Of a DNA stretch of 62,163 nucleotides, positions 10,175 through 20,261 are shown one piece after another. Source of the stretch: an uncultured bacterium (GTDB lineage Bacteria; Auribacterota; Erginobacteria; Erginobacterales; Erginobacteraceae); assembly GCA_963822585.1 (NCBI GenBank), contig CAWGIE010000018.1, positions 1-62,163 of the forward strand, in the 5' to 3' direction. The translations under genes were made by a program, and so were the position numbers. Below the pieces are notes generated by a model that was not told where the DNA came from, ran no database searches, and saw nothing but the letters and a program-made list of their open reading frames with translations. The number at the start of each line of letters is the position of its first letter. Positions within the stretch are counted from its first letter, which is position 1.

Positions 10175-10590
10175 ACGTTCAACGTGCAACTTTCAACGTC
10201 CAACGAGTAGCCCCGAAGGGGCGACAGACAATAGGCCGGGGCATCCGCCCCGGTAACAAAACAAACACCGAACAGAGAGAAGTGCCTAAAGTGCCTAAAG
10301 TTTGAAGTGCCTAAAATTAAGAGGACTGTAATATCGCTGCTGTCAGCGGCTTGCAGGATTGCTGCCCGCGGCAGCTTGTAGGAAATTAGGATCGTTCCTG
10401 CCCCGGGAGGCAGGCGCTTGCGATAAATATAATACACTTTTTATTTATCTTAGTGTCTTTGTGTCTTAGTGGTAAAAGGGGGCGCGGCGGAGGTAACAAT
10501 TGGTGTAAATGAGTGTAATTAGTGGACTCAAAAGGGGCCGAGGTAGGGGGATAATTCACGAAATTCGTAGTTAAAAAAGGAGACGCCGAC

Positions 10591-11523
10591 ATGAGTAAAA
10601 TCGCATTTATTTTTCCGGGACAGGCCTCGCAATACGTCGGGATGGGCCGGGAGATCTCCCGAACGCCGATCGGCGAGAAACTCTTTTTCCAGGCGGATGA
10701 GGAACTCGGTTTTCCCCTGAGCAGCCTCTGTTTCGGCGGACCGGAAGAGGAACTGACATTGACTTACAATACGCAGCCCGCCATCGTCACGGTAAGCACG
10801 ATCGTCCTGCATCTCTTGATCGAGAAAGGCATCCGGCCGGAGATGGTTGCCGGCCATAGCCTGGGCGAATACAGCGCCCTGATCGCCGCCGGGTCGCTTT
10901 CTTTCCTGGACGCCCTGCGCCTGGTGAGAATCCGCGGACGTCTGATGCACGACGCCACCAGTTCCGTGCAGGGCGGGATGGCCGCCATTATCGGCCTCGA
11001 CCCCGCCGAGGTCGAGGCGATCTGCGCCGAGGCATCGGCGGCCGGAATCGTTCAGGCCGCCAACTATAACTCCCCGGTCCAGACCGCGATCTCGGGAGAA
11101 AAAGCGGGTCTGGAAAAAGCCATCGAGCTGGCGCTGGCGAAAGGTGCCAAACGGGCGATGATGCTGCCCGTGAGCGCTCCCTTTCACTCCAGCCTGATGG
11201 ACCCGGTGGCCGGACAGTTCCGGCCGGAACTGGAAAAAGCGGCGGTCAATGATGCCGGGGTTCCGGTGATCGCCAACGTGAACGCCCGGCCCGAAACCGC
11301 TTCGGAAGAGATCCGCCGCAACCTGATCGCCCAGATCAACGGTCCGGTACGGTGGACCGAGTCCGTCCGGTACATGATCTCGCAGGGGATCGATACCTTT
11401 ATCGAGGTCGGTCCGGGCAAGGTCCTGACGGGCCTTCTGAAGAAGACAGACCGTGAGATCGCCTGCATCCCGGTGGAGTCTCCGGAGTCGATCGAAGGCC
11501 TACTGCAGGCATTGACCGTATAA
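10591..11523 (+). CDS. fabD: Malonyl-CoA:ACP transacylase
   Basis: FPGQASQYVGMG, TQPA, AGHSLGEYSAL, VSAPFHS and EVGPGKVL motifs. Confidence 0.96.
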   Translation: MSKIAFIFPGQASQYVGMGREISRTPIGEKLFFQADEELGFPLSSLCFGGPEEELTLTYNTQPAIVTVSTIVLHLLIEKGIRPEMVAGHSLGEYSALIAAGSLSFLDALRLVRIRGRLMHDATSSVQGGMAAIIGLDPAEVEAICAEASAAGIVQAANYNSPVQTAISGEKAGLEKAIELALAKGAKRAMMLPVSAPFHSSLMDPVAGQFRPELEKAAVNDAGVPVIANVNARPETASEEIRRNLIAQINGPVRWTESVRYMISQGIDTFIEVGPGKVLTGLLKKTDREIACIPVESPESIEGLLQALTV

Positions 11524-11580
11524 GAACTGTTTTATCGTCCGCTATTTATTAGACCTTACTTGAGAAGGAATTCGATTAGG

Positions 11581-11760
11581 AAATCCTAAATCCTAATATC
11601 GAAATCCTAAATAAATCCAAAATCCAAATGATCAAATGTTTCAAATATTCCCGGTTTTCGCCCCATTGTTTAGGATTTTTAGTTTGGGGCATTTGATATT
11701 ATTTAGGATTTAGTATTTAGATATTAGGATTTGAGAGCTTACGAGCTTTTCAAGCAAGCT
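11581..11760. repeat. AT-rich inverted element of ~7-bp units (AAATCCT / AGGATTT), copy 1 (copy 2 at 32508-32750)
   Basis: Complementary arms; colinear with the 32.5-kb copy, and both end in ATTTGAGAGCTTACGAG. Confidence 0.82.
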
Positions 11761-12681
11761 CTACTTACCATACGGTTCGACGTGGACGAGCACGCTTTTC
11801 AGGGATCCGTCCTCTTTCATCAGCCGTCTCTTGACCTCGCCGGCGATGTCATGGCCCTGGACCACGGAGAGAGCCGGATCCACTTCTACGTGGATATCGA
11901 TCATCAGGTCCATGCCCGACTTGCGGACATAAAGTTTCTCCACCCTCTTTACCCCGGGAACCGCTTTCGCCATCTCCTCGATCTTTTCGGCGGGAGGACC
12001 GGTAACCACCTGATCCATCAGCTCCGAGCTGGTCTTGAAGAGCATCCTGACGCCCGTGTAGCAGATGATCAGGGCCACCGCCATGGCCGCGACGTGGTCG
12101 GCCACGTGGAAACGGGGTCCCCCGATCAGGGAGAGCGAGACGCCGATCAGAACGGCGATGGAGGAGAAGGCGTCGGATCGATGATGCCAGGCGTCGGCGA
12201 TCAATGAACTGGAGTGAATTCTTTTTCCCAGGCGACTTTTATATTGATAGAGGCCTTCTTTGGTGGCGATGGAGAGGAGCGCCACCAGGAGAACGTAGCC
12301 GGAAGGCGCCGTGTAGTGCGCGACGGCAATACTCTTCCAGGAGTTGTAAAAAATCATCCCCCCTAAAAAAACCAGAAAGAGCGATACGATCTGGGCGGAG
12401 ACGCTTTCGGCCTTGCTGTGGCCGTAGGGATGCTCACGATCCGGACATTTTCGGGCCACTTTCAGGCCGACCAGGACGATGACGGAACTGAGAACGTCGG
12501 AGAGGCTGTGGACGGCGTCGGCGACCATCGCCGCGCTGTTCCCCAGGACCCCGGCCAGGAATTTAATACCGCTTAAAAGTATATTCCCCACGATGCCGAC
12601 CCACGCCCCGACCGCCCCTTCTTTATACGCGTCTTTGCCGGGCTGCGCCGGTTTCAGTTCTTTTTCTCTCAATCTCATCAA
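11761..12681 (-). CDS. Cation diffusion facilitator (FieF-like) metal transporter
   Basis: ADAVHSLSD, HPYGH, ADAWHHRSD and VLVHVEP motifs. Confidence 0.93.
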   Translation of the reverse strand: MMRLREKELKPAQPGKDAYKEGAVGAWVGIVGNILLSGIKFLAGVLGNSAAMVADAVHSLSDVLSSVIVLVGLKVARKCPDREHPYGHSKAESVSAQIVSLFLVFLGGMIFYNSWKSIAVAHYTAPSGYVLLVALLSIATKEGLYQYKSRLGKRIHSSSLIADAWHHRSDAFSSIAVLIGVSLSLIGGPRFHVADHVAAMAVALIICYTGVRMLFKTSSELMDQVVTGPPAEKIEEMAKAVPGVKRVEKLYVRKSGMDLMIDIHVEVDPALSVVQGHDIAGEVKRRLMKEDGSLKSVLVHVEPYGK

Positions 12682-12752
12682 TCCGCCAATTATCTCTTAG
12701 TTAATTATACCCTGATTGAAAACTTTGTCTCATTGCAATACAAACGATTAAA

Positions 12753-12848
12753 ACCACGAAGGACACGAAGAGCACGAAGGTTTGCTAAATATGAGCTAAA
12801 TCTCATTTTCCCTCAATCATTCTTCGTGTACTTCGTGATCTTCGTGGT
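12753..12848. repeat. ACCACGAAG-family inverted element (9-bp periodic arms)
   Basis: ACCACGAAGGACACGAAGAGCACGAAGG ... CTTCGTGTACTTCGTGATCTTCGTGGT. Confidence 0.85.
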
Positions 12849-12945
12849 GAATATTTTCTTTATTCAAGGCAAGATTTCCAAAATGCCTCTTCGAGTAAGG
12901 TATAGCTTGATCGCCGGGCATCGGGGGCGCCGGTTCACCCCGGTA

Positions 12946-14946
12946 TCACCCTCCGCCGCTTTCCGCTCCCCGGATCCGTTTCAGGAAGGCGTCCAGATCC
13001 GCCAGCCGGGAAGTCACCCGGCAGGACGGGAGGGAAGAGAAGAATGTTCTTCCGTAGGACCGGGTCCGCAGCCGCGGGTCCAGGATGGCCACGATCCCGT
13101 AATCGTCCTTTCCCCGCATCAGCCGTCCGAAGCCCTGCCGGAGCATGATGACGGCCCGGGGCACCTGGTACTCGCGAAAGGGGTCGCCGCCCTGGGCCTT
13201 GATAAAATCGATCCGGGCCTCGGTCACCGGATCGTCGGGGACCGCGAAGGGGAGCTTGGCGATGATCACGCTTTTCAGGCTCTCTCCCGGGACATCGACC
13301 CCCTGCCAGAAACTGGTCGTCCCGAAGAGAACCGACGAAGGATGCCGGCGGAACTCCTCCAGGAGACGATAGCGCTCGTCATCCCCCTGCCGGAGACATC
13401 CGAACCGGGCCAGCGGTCCCGAGAGCCGTTCATAGACCTTGTTCAGCATCCGGTAACTGGTAAAGAGAACGAACGCCCTCCCGCCGGAAAGGAGGATCAG
13501 CCTCCCGGTATCCTGGATAATCCGCTCTTCATATTCCTCCTTTCGGCGATTGGGATCGGGGATGCGGGGATCCGTGTAAAGCATCACCCGGTTCTCATAG
13601 TCAAAAGGAGAGGCCAGGATGAGCTCCCGGCAGTGCTCGAGGCCGATCCTCCCCCGCAGGAAAGAAAAATCTCCTCCGGTGGAGATGGTGGCCGAGGTCA
13701 GGACAATCGGGCCATACTTCTCCCAGAGCGCCTTCCGGAGGAACGCTCCCACCTCGATCGGGGCCATGTGCAGGGTCTGCCGGATCCGGCGGCCGTGCTT
13801 CTCCCGGCTGTACCAGTAAACGTTCCCCGCGTCCTCCATCGAGATGATGGCACTCAGTTCCTCCTGGATATCCCGGCAGCGGGAGAGATAGGTCTTCAGC
13901 TCCGCCAGGCTCTCGTCGTCGGTCATGGTGTCTTTCAGCTCTTCCAGGCATTCGGTCAGTTCCGCCAGCGGTTGAGAGAGAATATCCTCGGCGAAGTGCG
14001 GCTCTTTCAGGCGGACGGTCCGGAAGATCTCTTCCCAGGCGTCTTTCAGCCCGGAGAAGAACTCAGTATTCAGCTCCAGGAGCTTATCGATCCGCCGGCG
14101 CCAGGCTTCAAGTTTCTCCCCCTCCTCAATCCGCGAAGGAAGAAACCCTTTCCCGGTCCGGGAGCTATAGAGGTATCCCATCAGGGTCGGCAGCCGGTAA
14201 TTGGAGACCTCATAACCCAGAAACTCGGTGGCGATCTCTTCCAGAAGATGGGCCTCGTCGAAGATCACGGCCTTGAACGGCGGCAGGATCATTTCCCCGG
14301 AGGCCAGGTTGGCGAAGAAAAGGTGGTGATTCATTACCAGGAGGTCCGCCTTTTCCCGGCGTGCCCGGGCCTTGAAGTAAAAACACTTATGGAAGAAGGG
14401 GCACTTCTGTCGGAGGCAGAAATCATGCTCCACCCTGACCTCGGACCAGACGTCTCCCCGGGGGAGGAACCCCAGATCCAGCTGAACGCCGCTCTCCGTT
14501 TCCTCCGCCCACTCCGCTATCTCCCGGTACTGCCGGGCGGACTCTTTGGTCAGAAACATTCCCTGTTCTCCCGCCCGGTTCAGCCGGAAGAGGCAGAGAT
14601 AGTTCCCGGCCCCCAGGCAAAGTTCGGCCCTGATGGGGAAGCCGAGGGTTTTCGACAGGAAAGGAATGTCCTTCTCAATCAGCTGCTTCTGGAGAGTTTT
14701 GGTCCCGGTCGAGATGGCCGCTTTCTCTCCGGTCTCCCGGACCCGGAGGATGAAAGGATAGAGATAGGCCAGGCTCTTCCCCACCCCGGTCCCCGCTTCC
14801 ACCATCAGCGTATCCTTCCGGGCGATCGACTCCCGGACCGCCGCCGCCATCTCTTCCTGCTGGGGCCGGTAATCATACCGGGGATGGGCTTGGGAAAGAG
14901 CGCCGCCTTCCCGGAAAAAGCCGGCTATCGAATCATCATACGCCAT
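12946..14946 (-). CDS. ATP-dependent DNA helicase, DinG/YoaA family (Fe-S)
   Basis: EAGTGVGKSLAYL, NYLC..R, C-x4-C cluster, DEAH, LTSAT, SFWQGVDVPG and QGFGRLMR motifs. Confidence 0.93.
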   Translation of the reverse strand: MAYDDSIAGFFREGGALSQAHPRYDYRPQQEEMAAAVRESIARKDTLMVEAGTGVGKSLAYLYPFILRVRETGEKAAISTGTKTLQKQLIEKDIPFLSKTLGFPIRAELCLGAGNYLCLFRLNRAGEQGMFLTKESARQYREIAEWAEETESGVQLDLGFLPRGDVWSEVRVEHDFCLRQKCPFFHKCFYFKARARREKADLLVMNHHLFFANLASGEMILPPFKAVIFDEAHLLEEIATEFLGYEVSNYRLPTLMGYLYSSRTGKGFLPSRIEEGEKLEAWRRRIDKLLELNTEFFSGLKDAWEEIFRTVRLKEPHFAEDILSQPLAELTECLEELKDTMTDDESLAELKTYLSRCRDIQEELSAIISMEDAGNVYWYSREKHGRRIRQTLHMAPIEVGAFLRKALWEKYGPIVLTSATISTGGDFSFLRGRIGLEHCRELILASPFDYENRVMLYTDPRIPDPNRRKEEYEERIIQDTGRLILLSGGRAFVLFTSYRMLNKVYERLSGPLARFGCLRQGDDERYRLLEEFRRHPSSVLFGTTSFWQGVDVPGESLKSVIIAKLPFAVPDDPVTEARIDFIKAQGGDPFREYQVPRAVIMLRQGFGRLMRGKDDYGIVAILDPRLRTRSYGRTFFSSLPSCRVTSRLADLDAFLKRIRGAESGGG

Positions 14947-14977
14947 TTCTTCCCCGTTAATTTACTAAAAAATATTA

Positions 14978-15119
14978 AACCGCGAAGGACACGAAGAAGA
15001 AGGAAAAAAAGTATCAGAGAAATGGGGGGAATTAGGAGCAACGGTTCGCCTGATTTACCCCATCATTCTCTTTTTCCACATTCTTTGAACTTTTCGTGTT
15101 CTTCGTGTCCTTCGTGGTT
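14978..15119. repeat. ACCACGAAG-family inverted element
   Basis: AACCGCGAAGGACACGAAG ... TTCGTGTTCTTCGTGTCCTTCGTGGTT. Confidence 0.82.
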
Positions 15120-15128
15120 AATAGATAC

Positions 15129-16559
15129 TTAAAAATCGATCCCGAAGCGCGTCTCCAGGATATCCGCCGCCCCGATCCCGTTGACGCGGGAGTGGACGTA
15201 GTTCCACATCCACCGGAAGTTGGGGTTAAGATACCAGTTGAAGCCCAGGGTGGTCTGATTAAGGATTCCCCCCCGGATGTTCTCGTCGTTCAGGTCCATC
15301 CAGGAATAGCGGGCGGCCACCTCGAAGGCACCCCAGGTCCCTTCCTTGATGCTGAAGTTGTGGCGGGGATGACAACGGATATCGAACCCTCCATAGGAAG
15401 TGACATACTGCGCCCCCGGGTACTCACCGGTCAGATACAGACAGGCCATGGTGTACCAGCCCTGAAAAAAAGTGGAGTCGGGGCCGTCCTTCTGGTCAGC
15501 CCAGAAACCGTAGTACTCTCCCTGGAGCTTGAACGGCCCCTGGCACCAGGCGGTCTCGTAGGCCATGCCGTTGACCTTATCCGTGTTCATGATCCCGGTA
15601 TCGATGAAGACCGGGACCTGTTCGCTGAAGGACGGTCCACCCACGTAACGGGTCTGGTCGCTGGAACCGCGGTAGGTATATGAGAGCCCCTGGTGAAGCA
15701 TGGAGCGGCCGCAGTCTTCATACCAGGGGGTCCCGGTAAAGCGAAGGTTCAGGTTGTAACTCTGGCCGATCTCGTCGCAGTGAATGCCGGCGGTTTTCCC
15801 GACCTGAACGGCATAGGTCAGGTGGTCGTCGAGAAAGGAGTTCCCGGCCGCTACCCCCAGCAACTGGCCGATGCCGAAGCCGAAGGTGGGGGCCCATTCC
15901 ATGAAAGTGAGCCAGTTCTCGTCGGGGACCGGGTTGAGACCGAAAGCCCGCGCCGCGTGGCCGACCAGGATCGCCCCCACGTAGGGGATGTCCATCATGC
16001 CCACGAACAGGTCATGAATGTAATACGTCCCGGCGGTGTCGGCGAAGTCGATCTGGGCTTTGTAAAAGATATTCTCATAGATCGTTCCCTTCAGGAAAAC
16101 GCGGGCGCGGCGCACCTCGGAACTTTCATGGAGTTCCTTCCCCTCGGTGAATTCCAGATAGTCCTGGAGATCGGTCGGGGTATGCGGCCAGCGGGCATCG
16201 AGGTTGAACGAACCGCCGATCCGGACATTGAATTCCCCGTTAGGGGTTTCCAGGAAAAGGCCGTCATCCCAGTAATCCCCGAAGACGTAGCGGTTCTCCC
16301 CCAGGCCGGAGGGGTACATAACCATGAGGGTGGAGATCCGCTTTTCATCCTCGGTCTCCGCCCGTTCGTCCTTTTTCAGCGTCCGCTCCTGACAGGATAT
16401 CTCTTTTTCTTTTTCCTTGAGCTGGTCCCGGAGTTCATTCAGCTCTTTCTCGAGCCGGTCGACCCGCTCCTTCAGCCCCTGATCATCGGCCAAAGCCGTC
16501 GGAACAGCGGGTAAAGCCAGCGCCGCGGACAGCAGCCAGACGCATGTGAGCTTCGTCAT
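15129..16559 (-). CDS. OprO/OprP-family phosphate-selective porin
   Basis: Signal peptide, N-terminal coiled coil, EVRRARV, GTWGAFEVAARYSWMDL, TLGFNWYLNPNFR and a terminal Phe. Start placed at MTKLTC, which has a GGAG RBS. Confidence 0.87.
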   Translation of the reverse strand: MTKLTCVWLLSAALALPAVPTALADDQGLKERVDRLEKELNELRDQLKEKEKEISCQERTLKKDERAETEDEKRISTLMVMYPSGLGENRYVFGDYWDDGLFLETPNGEFNVRIGGSFNLDARWPHTPTDLQDYLEFTEGKELHESSEVRRARVFLKGTIYENIFYKAQIDFADTAGTYYIHDLFVGMMDIPYVGAILVGHAARAFGLNPVPDENWLTFMEWAPTFGFGIGQLLGVAAGNSFLDDHLTYAVQVGKTAGIHCDEIGQSYNLNLRFTGTPWYEDCGRSMLHQGLSYTYRGSSDQTRYVGGPSFSEQVPVFIDTGIMNTDKVNGMAYETAWCQGPFKLQGEYYGFWADQKDGPDSTFFQGWYTMACLYLTGEYPGAQYVTSYGGFDIRCHPRHNFSIKEGTWGAFEVAARYSWMDLNDENIRGGILNQTTLGFNWYLNPNFRWMWNYVHSRVNGIGAADILETRFGIDF

Positions 16560-16684
16560 CCGATCCTCCCGTTGCCGGTTGCGATTAATACTAGCTTCGA
16601 TGGGCATTATAATATTCTTCTCTCCGGAAGAAAAGCCATATACTATAGAATTTAGCGCCTGCGGCGCTACTCAAGGAACGAAAT

Positions 16685-16868
16685 CCGGAATGACGAATGA
16701 AATCCAAATAACAAATGAACAAATTCCCGATCTCCTTTCTGCTCCGCGGCTCGGGCGATGGGGGCGCATTTGGTTATCCGCCTTCGCGAGAGCGCCGAAG
16801 CCGCTCCGGCGGCGGCGGTTTGGTATTTGTTTTTCGTCATTCTTTCGTCATTCGGATTTCGTCATTCA
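16685..16868. repeat. Inverted element of GAATGAC / GTCATTC units with a nested GC-rich hairpin (16779-16818)
   Basis: GAATGACGAATGAAATCCAAATAACAAATG ... TTTCGTCATTCTTTCGTCATTCGGATTTCGTCATTC. Confidence 0.72.
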
Positions 16869-16922
16869 TGTTGTTTTTCCTAATTTATTGAAATTCCGAA
16901 GCCAACGATCCGCTCTTATCCC

Positions 16923-17816
16923 ATGGAGAACAGTCGTAAACTACCGACAGGGCGTCAACGTCTGCCCGGATATCTGCTGAAAAAAGTGCGGTTCGGCGGA
17001 GAGACGTTTCGCATTAAACGGTTCCTTCGTTCTTTCCAGGTCGCCACGGTCTGCGAGCAGGCGCTCTGCCCCAACATCTCCGAGTGTTTCGAAGCGGGAG
17101 AGCTGACCTTCATGATCATGGGCTCCGTCTGCACTCGCGACTGCCGGTTCTGCGGCGTGCGAACGGGGACCCCGGCCCCGCTCGATCCGGAGGAGCCGGA
17201 GAAGGTGGCGAAAGCGGCGAAGCGCCTGGGGTTGCAATATATCGTTCTGACATCGGTCACCCGGGACGATCTTCCGGACGGCGGCGCCGCCCACGTGGCC
17301 GACTGCATCCGCCGCCTGCGGGAGGAACTGTCCCCGGCCGGGGTGGAAGCGCTGATCCCCGACTTCGGGGGCGATCTCCGCGCTCTGCGGACGGTTCTGG
17401 AAGCAAGACCGGACGTTCTCGGCCATAACATGGAGACCGTCCGGCGCCTCTACCCCCTCGCGCGCCGGCTCAGCGATTACGAGCGGAGCCTGGAAGTCCT
17501 GCGGACCGCCGCCGGGCGGTCCGATCTCCTGGTCAAATCGGGCTTCATGATCGGCCTCGGTGAAACCGACGAGGAGATTCGCGAATTGATGAGGGATATC
17601 CGCGACACCGGCTGCCGGATGCTGACCATCGGCCACTACCTCCCCCCGACCGTCGAACACCTGGCCCTGGTCGCTCCCCGGCCGCCCGCCAAGTTCGAGG
17701 AATACCGCGACTGGGCTTTAAAACTGGGGTTCGCCAGCGTCCGCTCCGGCGTCTTCGTCCGCAGCTCCCACCACGCCCGGGAGCAGATGAGAGAGGCGGT
17801 TTTAAAAAGTTCTTGA
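16923..17816 (+). CDS. lipA: Lipoyl synthase
   Basis: CEQALCPNISEC (CX4CX5C), CTRDCRFC radical SAM motif, and VRSSH. Confidence 0.96.
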   Translation: MENSRKLPTGRQRLPGYLLKKVRFGGETFRIKRFLRSFQVATVCEQALCPNISECFEAGELTFMIMGSVCTRDCRFCGVRTGTPAPLDPEEPEKVAKAAKRLGLQYIVLTSVTRDDLPDGGAAHVADCIRRLREELSPAGVEALIPDFGGDLRALRTVLEARPDVLGHNMETVRRLYPLARRLSDYERSLEVLRTAAGRSDLLVKSGFMIGLGETDEEIRELMRDIRDTGCRMLTIGHYLPPTVEHLALVAPRPPAKFEEYRDWALKLGFASVRSGVFVRSSHHAREQMREAVLKSS

Positions 17817-17848
17817 CTCGACCCAGATTCCTTACTATTATGTAAGGA
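17813..17848 (+). promoter_or_regulatory. Sigma70-type promoter with an overlapping inverted-repeat operator for the vapBC module
   Basis: TTGACT (17813-17818), 17-bp spacer, TATTAT (17836-17841). The palindrome TCCTTAC-N6-GTAAGGA (17829-17848) covers the -10 box. Confidence 0.7.
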
Positions 17849-17874
17849 TAATATTTTTAGTAAGGAGAATACGC

Positions 17875-18123
17875 ATGGTCACGGCAACGATTACCAGTAA
17901 AGGGCAGATTACAATTCCCAAGTCCGTCAGGGAGTCTCTTCATCTTCATAGCGGGGATCGGGTGGCATTCGAGATCCATGGCCGGGATGAAGCCGTTCTG
18001 AAACCGATTACAAAATCCGTCGACGACGTATTCGGCAAACTGCATAAGCCATCGATCGCGGCCCGGTCAGTCGGTGATATGGATAAAGCCGTCAGAAGCC
18101 GCATGAAACATCATAAATCATGA
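17875..18123 (+). CDS. AbrB/MazE/SpoVT-family antitoxin
   Basis: ATITSKGQITIPKSVRESL swapped-hairpin motif; ATGA overlap with the PIN gene. Confidence 0.92.
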   Translation: MVTATITSKGQITIPKSVRESLHLHSGDRVAFEIHGRDEAVLKPITKSVDDVFGKLHKPSIAARSVGDMDKAVRSRMKHHKS

Positions 18124-18518
18124 TCGCCCTGGATACCAATGTTCTCGTGCGATTCCTGGTTCGAGACGACACGAAGCAGTCTCGGCTTGTTTACGCCCGG
18201 CTGAAACAAGCTGAAATTAAGCAAGAACGCCTCTTTATCCCTCTGGTGGTAGTACTTGAAACCATCTGGGTTCTCGAGAGCGCATACGGATTGTCCCGGG
18301 ATAAGATTCTGGAATCAATTGAAGATTTAATGCAGATGCCGATTCTTGATTTTGAAGCTGACCAGGTATTGACCAGCTTCCTGCCATCCGGCAGAAAGGG
18401 AAAAACGGATTTATCGGATTTACTTATCGCTCATGTGGCGGAAGCAGCCGGTTGTGACGGGATAATCACCCTGGATAAAAAGGCTTCCCGGTTCCACCTC
18501 TTTAACCTCCTGAAATAG
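18120..18518 (+). CDS. vapC: PIN-domain toxin (VapC family)
   Basis: IALDTNVLVR, ETIWVL, DLSDLLI and TLD acidic PIN residues. Confidence 0.9.
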   Translation: MIALDTNVLVRFLVRDDTKQSRLVYARLKQAEIKQERLFIPLVVVLETIWVLESAYGLSRDKILESIEDLMQMPILDFEADQVLTSFLPSGRKGKTDLSDLLIAHVAEAAGCDGIITLDKKASRFHLFNLLK

Positions 18519-18530
18519 GAATTATCCAGA

Positions 18531-19931
18531 ATGAATAAGTACGCTCTCGCGGTCATCGGCGCCGGACCGGCCGGTTACGTGGCCGCCATCCGGGCCGGAC
18601 AGCTAGGGCTGAAGACGGCCATCGTCGAGCGCCGGTACTGGGGCGGCGTTTGTCTCAACGTGGGCTGCATCCCCACCAAGTCGCTGATCAGGAACGCCGA
18701 GGTGGTGGAGACCGTCACCAGGCAGGCCCGGGAATTCGGCCTTTTCTTTGATAATCTATCCGTTGATTACGGCGCCGCTTTCAAGCGGAGCCGGCAGGTA
18801 TCGGAACGGCTGGTGAGGGGGGTCACTCTCCTCCTGAAGAAGAACGGGATCGAGAGTTATTCCGGATCCGCCTGCGTCGAATCCCCCCGGCAGGTCCGGG
18901 TGACGCCGGAGAACGGGGAGCCGGTGGTTATCGCCGCCGATAATATCATCATCGCCACCGGCGCCCGGCCCCGGTCCCTTCCCGGCCGGGATAGTGACGG
19001 CGAGAAGATCGTCACCTATCGCGAGGCCATCCTTTCTCCCAATCTTCCCGAGAGCGCCGTCATCATCGGCGGCGGCCCGATCGGGGTGGAGTTCGCCTAC
19101 ATCTGGAACAGTTACGGGGTGAAAGTCACTCTCATCGAGATGCTGGATCACCTTCTCCCCACTGAAGACCCTGAGGCAAGCGCAGTAGTCGAGCGGGCCT
19201 ACCAGAAAAGGGGGATCGCCTTCCATACCGGCAGCCGGGTCGAGCGGATCGAGATCGGTTCAGATGGGGTCGCGTTGACGGTAAAAACTCCGAAGGGAGA
19301 AGAGACGGTGAGAGGCGAACGGGCCCTGGTCGCGATCGGCTTCCGGCCCAATGTCGAGGAGATCGGCCTGGAGAAACTAGGGGTCGCCCGCGCCGATAAA
19401 AGCGGTTTTATCGAGATCAACGAACGGATGGAGACCAGTGTCCCCGGCATCTACGCCGTCGGAGACGTGACCGGGAAACTGATGCTGGCCCACGCCGGAT
19501 CGGCGATGGGGATCGCCGCGGCCGAGGCCATTGCCGGGAAGAATCCGGAACCGATCGATTACCGGATGATCCCCCGCTGCGTCTACTGCCGTCCCCAGGT
19601 GGCGAGTTTCGGCTGCACCGGGGAAGAGGCCTTGCGAGAGGGGAACTCGATCGAGACCGGGAAATTCCCTTTCCTTGCCAACGGAAAAGCCCTGGGCTTG
19701 AACGAGCGGGACGGCTTCGTCAAGATCATGGCCGAGAAGGATAGCGGAAAGATCCGGGGAGCGAGCCTGGTCGGCCCCGACGTTACCGAGCTTCTCCCGG
19801 AGCTTACCCTGGCGCAAAGCGCCGGGCTGACGATCGCAGATATCGCCCGCAATATCCACGCCCACCCCACCCTCTCCGAAGCGGTCCAGGAAGCCGCTCT
19901 CGCCGCCCTCGGCCGGGCGATCCATCTCTAG
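18531..19931 (+). CDS. lpdA: Dihydrolipoamide dehydrogenase
   Basis: GAGPAG FAD site, GGVCLNVGCIPTK redox disulfide, GGGPIGVE, and HAHPTLSE. Confidence 0.96.
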   Translation: MNKYALAVIGAGPAGYVAAIRAGQLGLKTAIVERRYWGGVCLNVGCIPTKSLIRNAEVVETVTRQAREFGLFFDNLSVDYGAAFKRSRQVSERLVRGVTLLLKKNGIESYSGSACVESPRQVRVTPENGEPVVIAADNIIIATGARPRSLPGRDSDGEKIVTYREAILSPNLPESAVIIGGGPIGVEFAYIWNSYGVKVTLIEMLDHLLPTEDPEASAVVERAYQKRGIAFHTGSRVERIEIGSDGVALTVKTPKGEETVRGERALVAIGFRPNVEEIGLEKLGVARADKSGFIEINERMETSVPGIYAVGDVTGKLMLAHAGSAMGIAAAEAIAGKNPEPIDYRMIPRCVYCRPQVASFGCTGEEALREGNSIETGKFPFLANGKALGLNERDGFVKIMAEKDSGKIRGASLVGPDVTELLPELTLAQSAGLTIADIARNIHAHPTLSEAVQEAALAALGRAIHL

Positions 19932-20240
19932 GCAACACAGACATTCCTGTCTGTGTCAGCCCCCGGCCAACGGAGCACAGACATTCCTGTCTGTGCCAGC
20001 CCCAAGCCAACGGAGCACAGACATTCCTGTCTGTGCCAGCCCCAAGCCAACGGAGCACAGACATTCCTGTCTGTGTCAGCCCTGGGCCAACGCAGCACAG
20101 ACATTCCTGTCTGTGCCAGCCCTGGGCCAACGGAGCACAGACATTCCTGTCTGTGTCAGCCCTGGGCCAACGCAGCACAGACATTCCTGTCTGTGCCAGC
20201 CCCCGGCCAACGGAGCACAGACAGGAATGTCTGTGCTACC
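19932..20240. repeat. Tandem array of 40-bp REP-like palindromic units (7 direct, 1 inverted)
   Basis: Core CACAGACATTCCTGTCTGTG every 40 bp from 19936 to 20176; inverted copy at 20216 ending in GCTACC; linkers near-identical. Confidence 0.92.
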
Positions 20241-20261
20241 CTGAGCCGCCGAGGCCTGAAA

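Noticed and set aside
12946..14946. CasDinG / type IV CRISPR helicase
   Set aside because: No csf/cas genes or array nearby; it looks like an ordinary Fe-S DinG/YoaA among housekeeping genes.
12733..15132. 799-aa plus-strand ORF (and similar long ORFs at 22156-23448, 30110-31543, 49146-50738 and 8733-9815)
   Set aside because: These are antisense shadows of well-supported genes in GC-rich DNA, with no recognisable motifs.
19932..20240. CRISPR array (also 31491-31709)
   Set aside because: Linkers are only 16-20 bp and near-identical, one unit is inverted, and no cas genes are present. The pattern fits REP/BIME-like tandem repeats.
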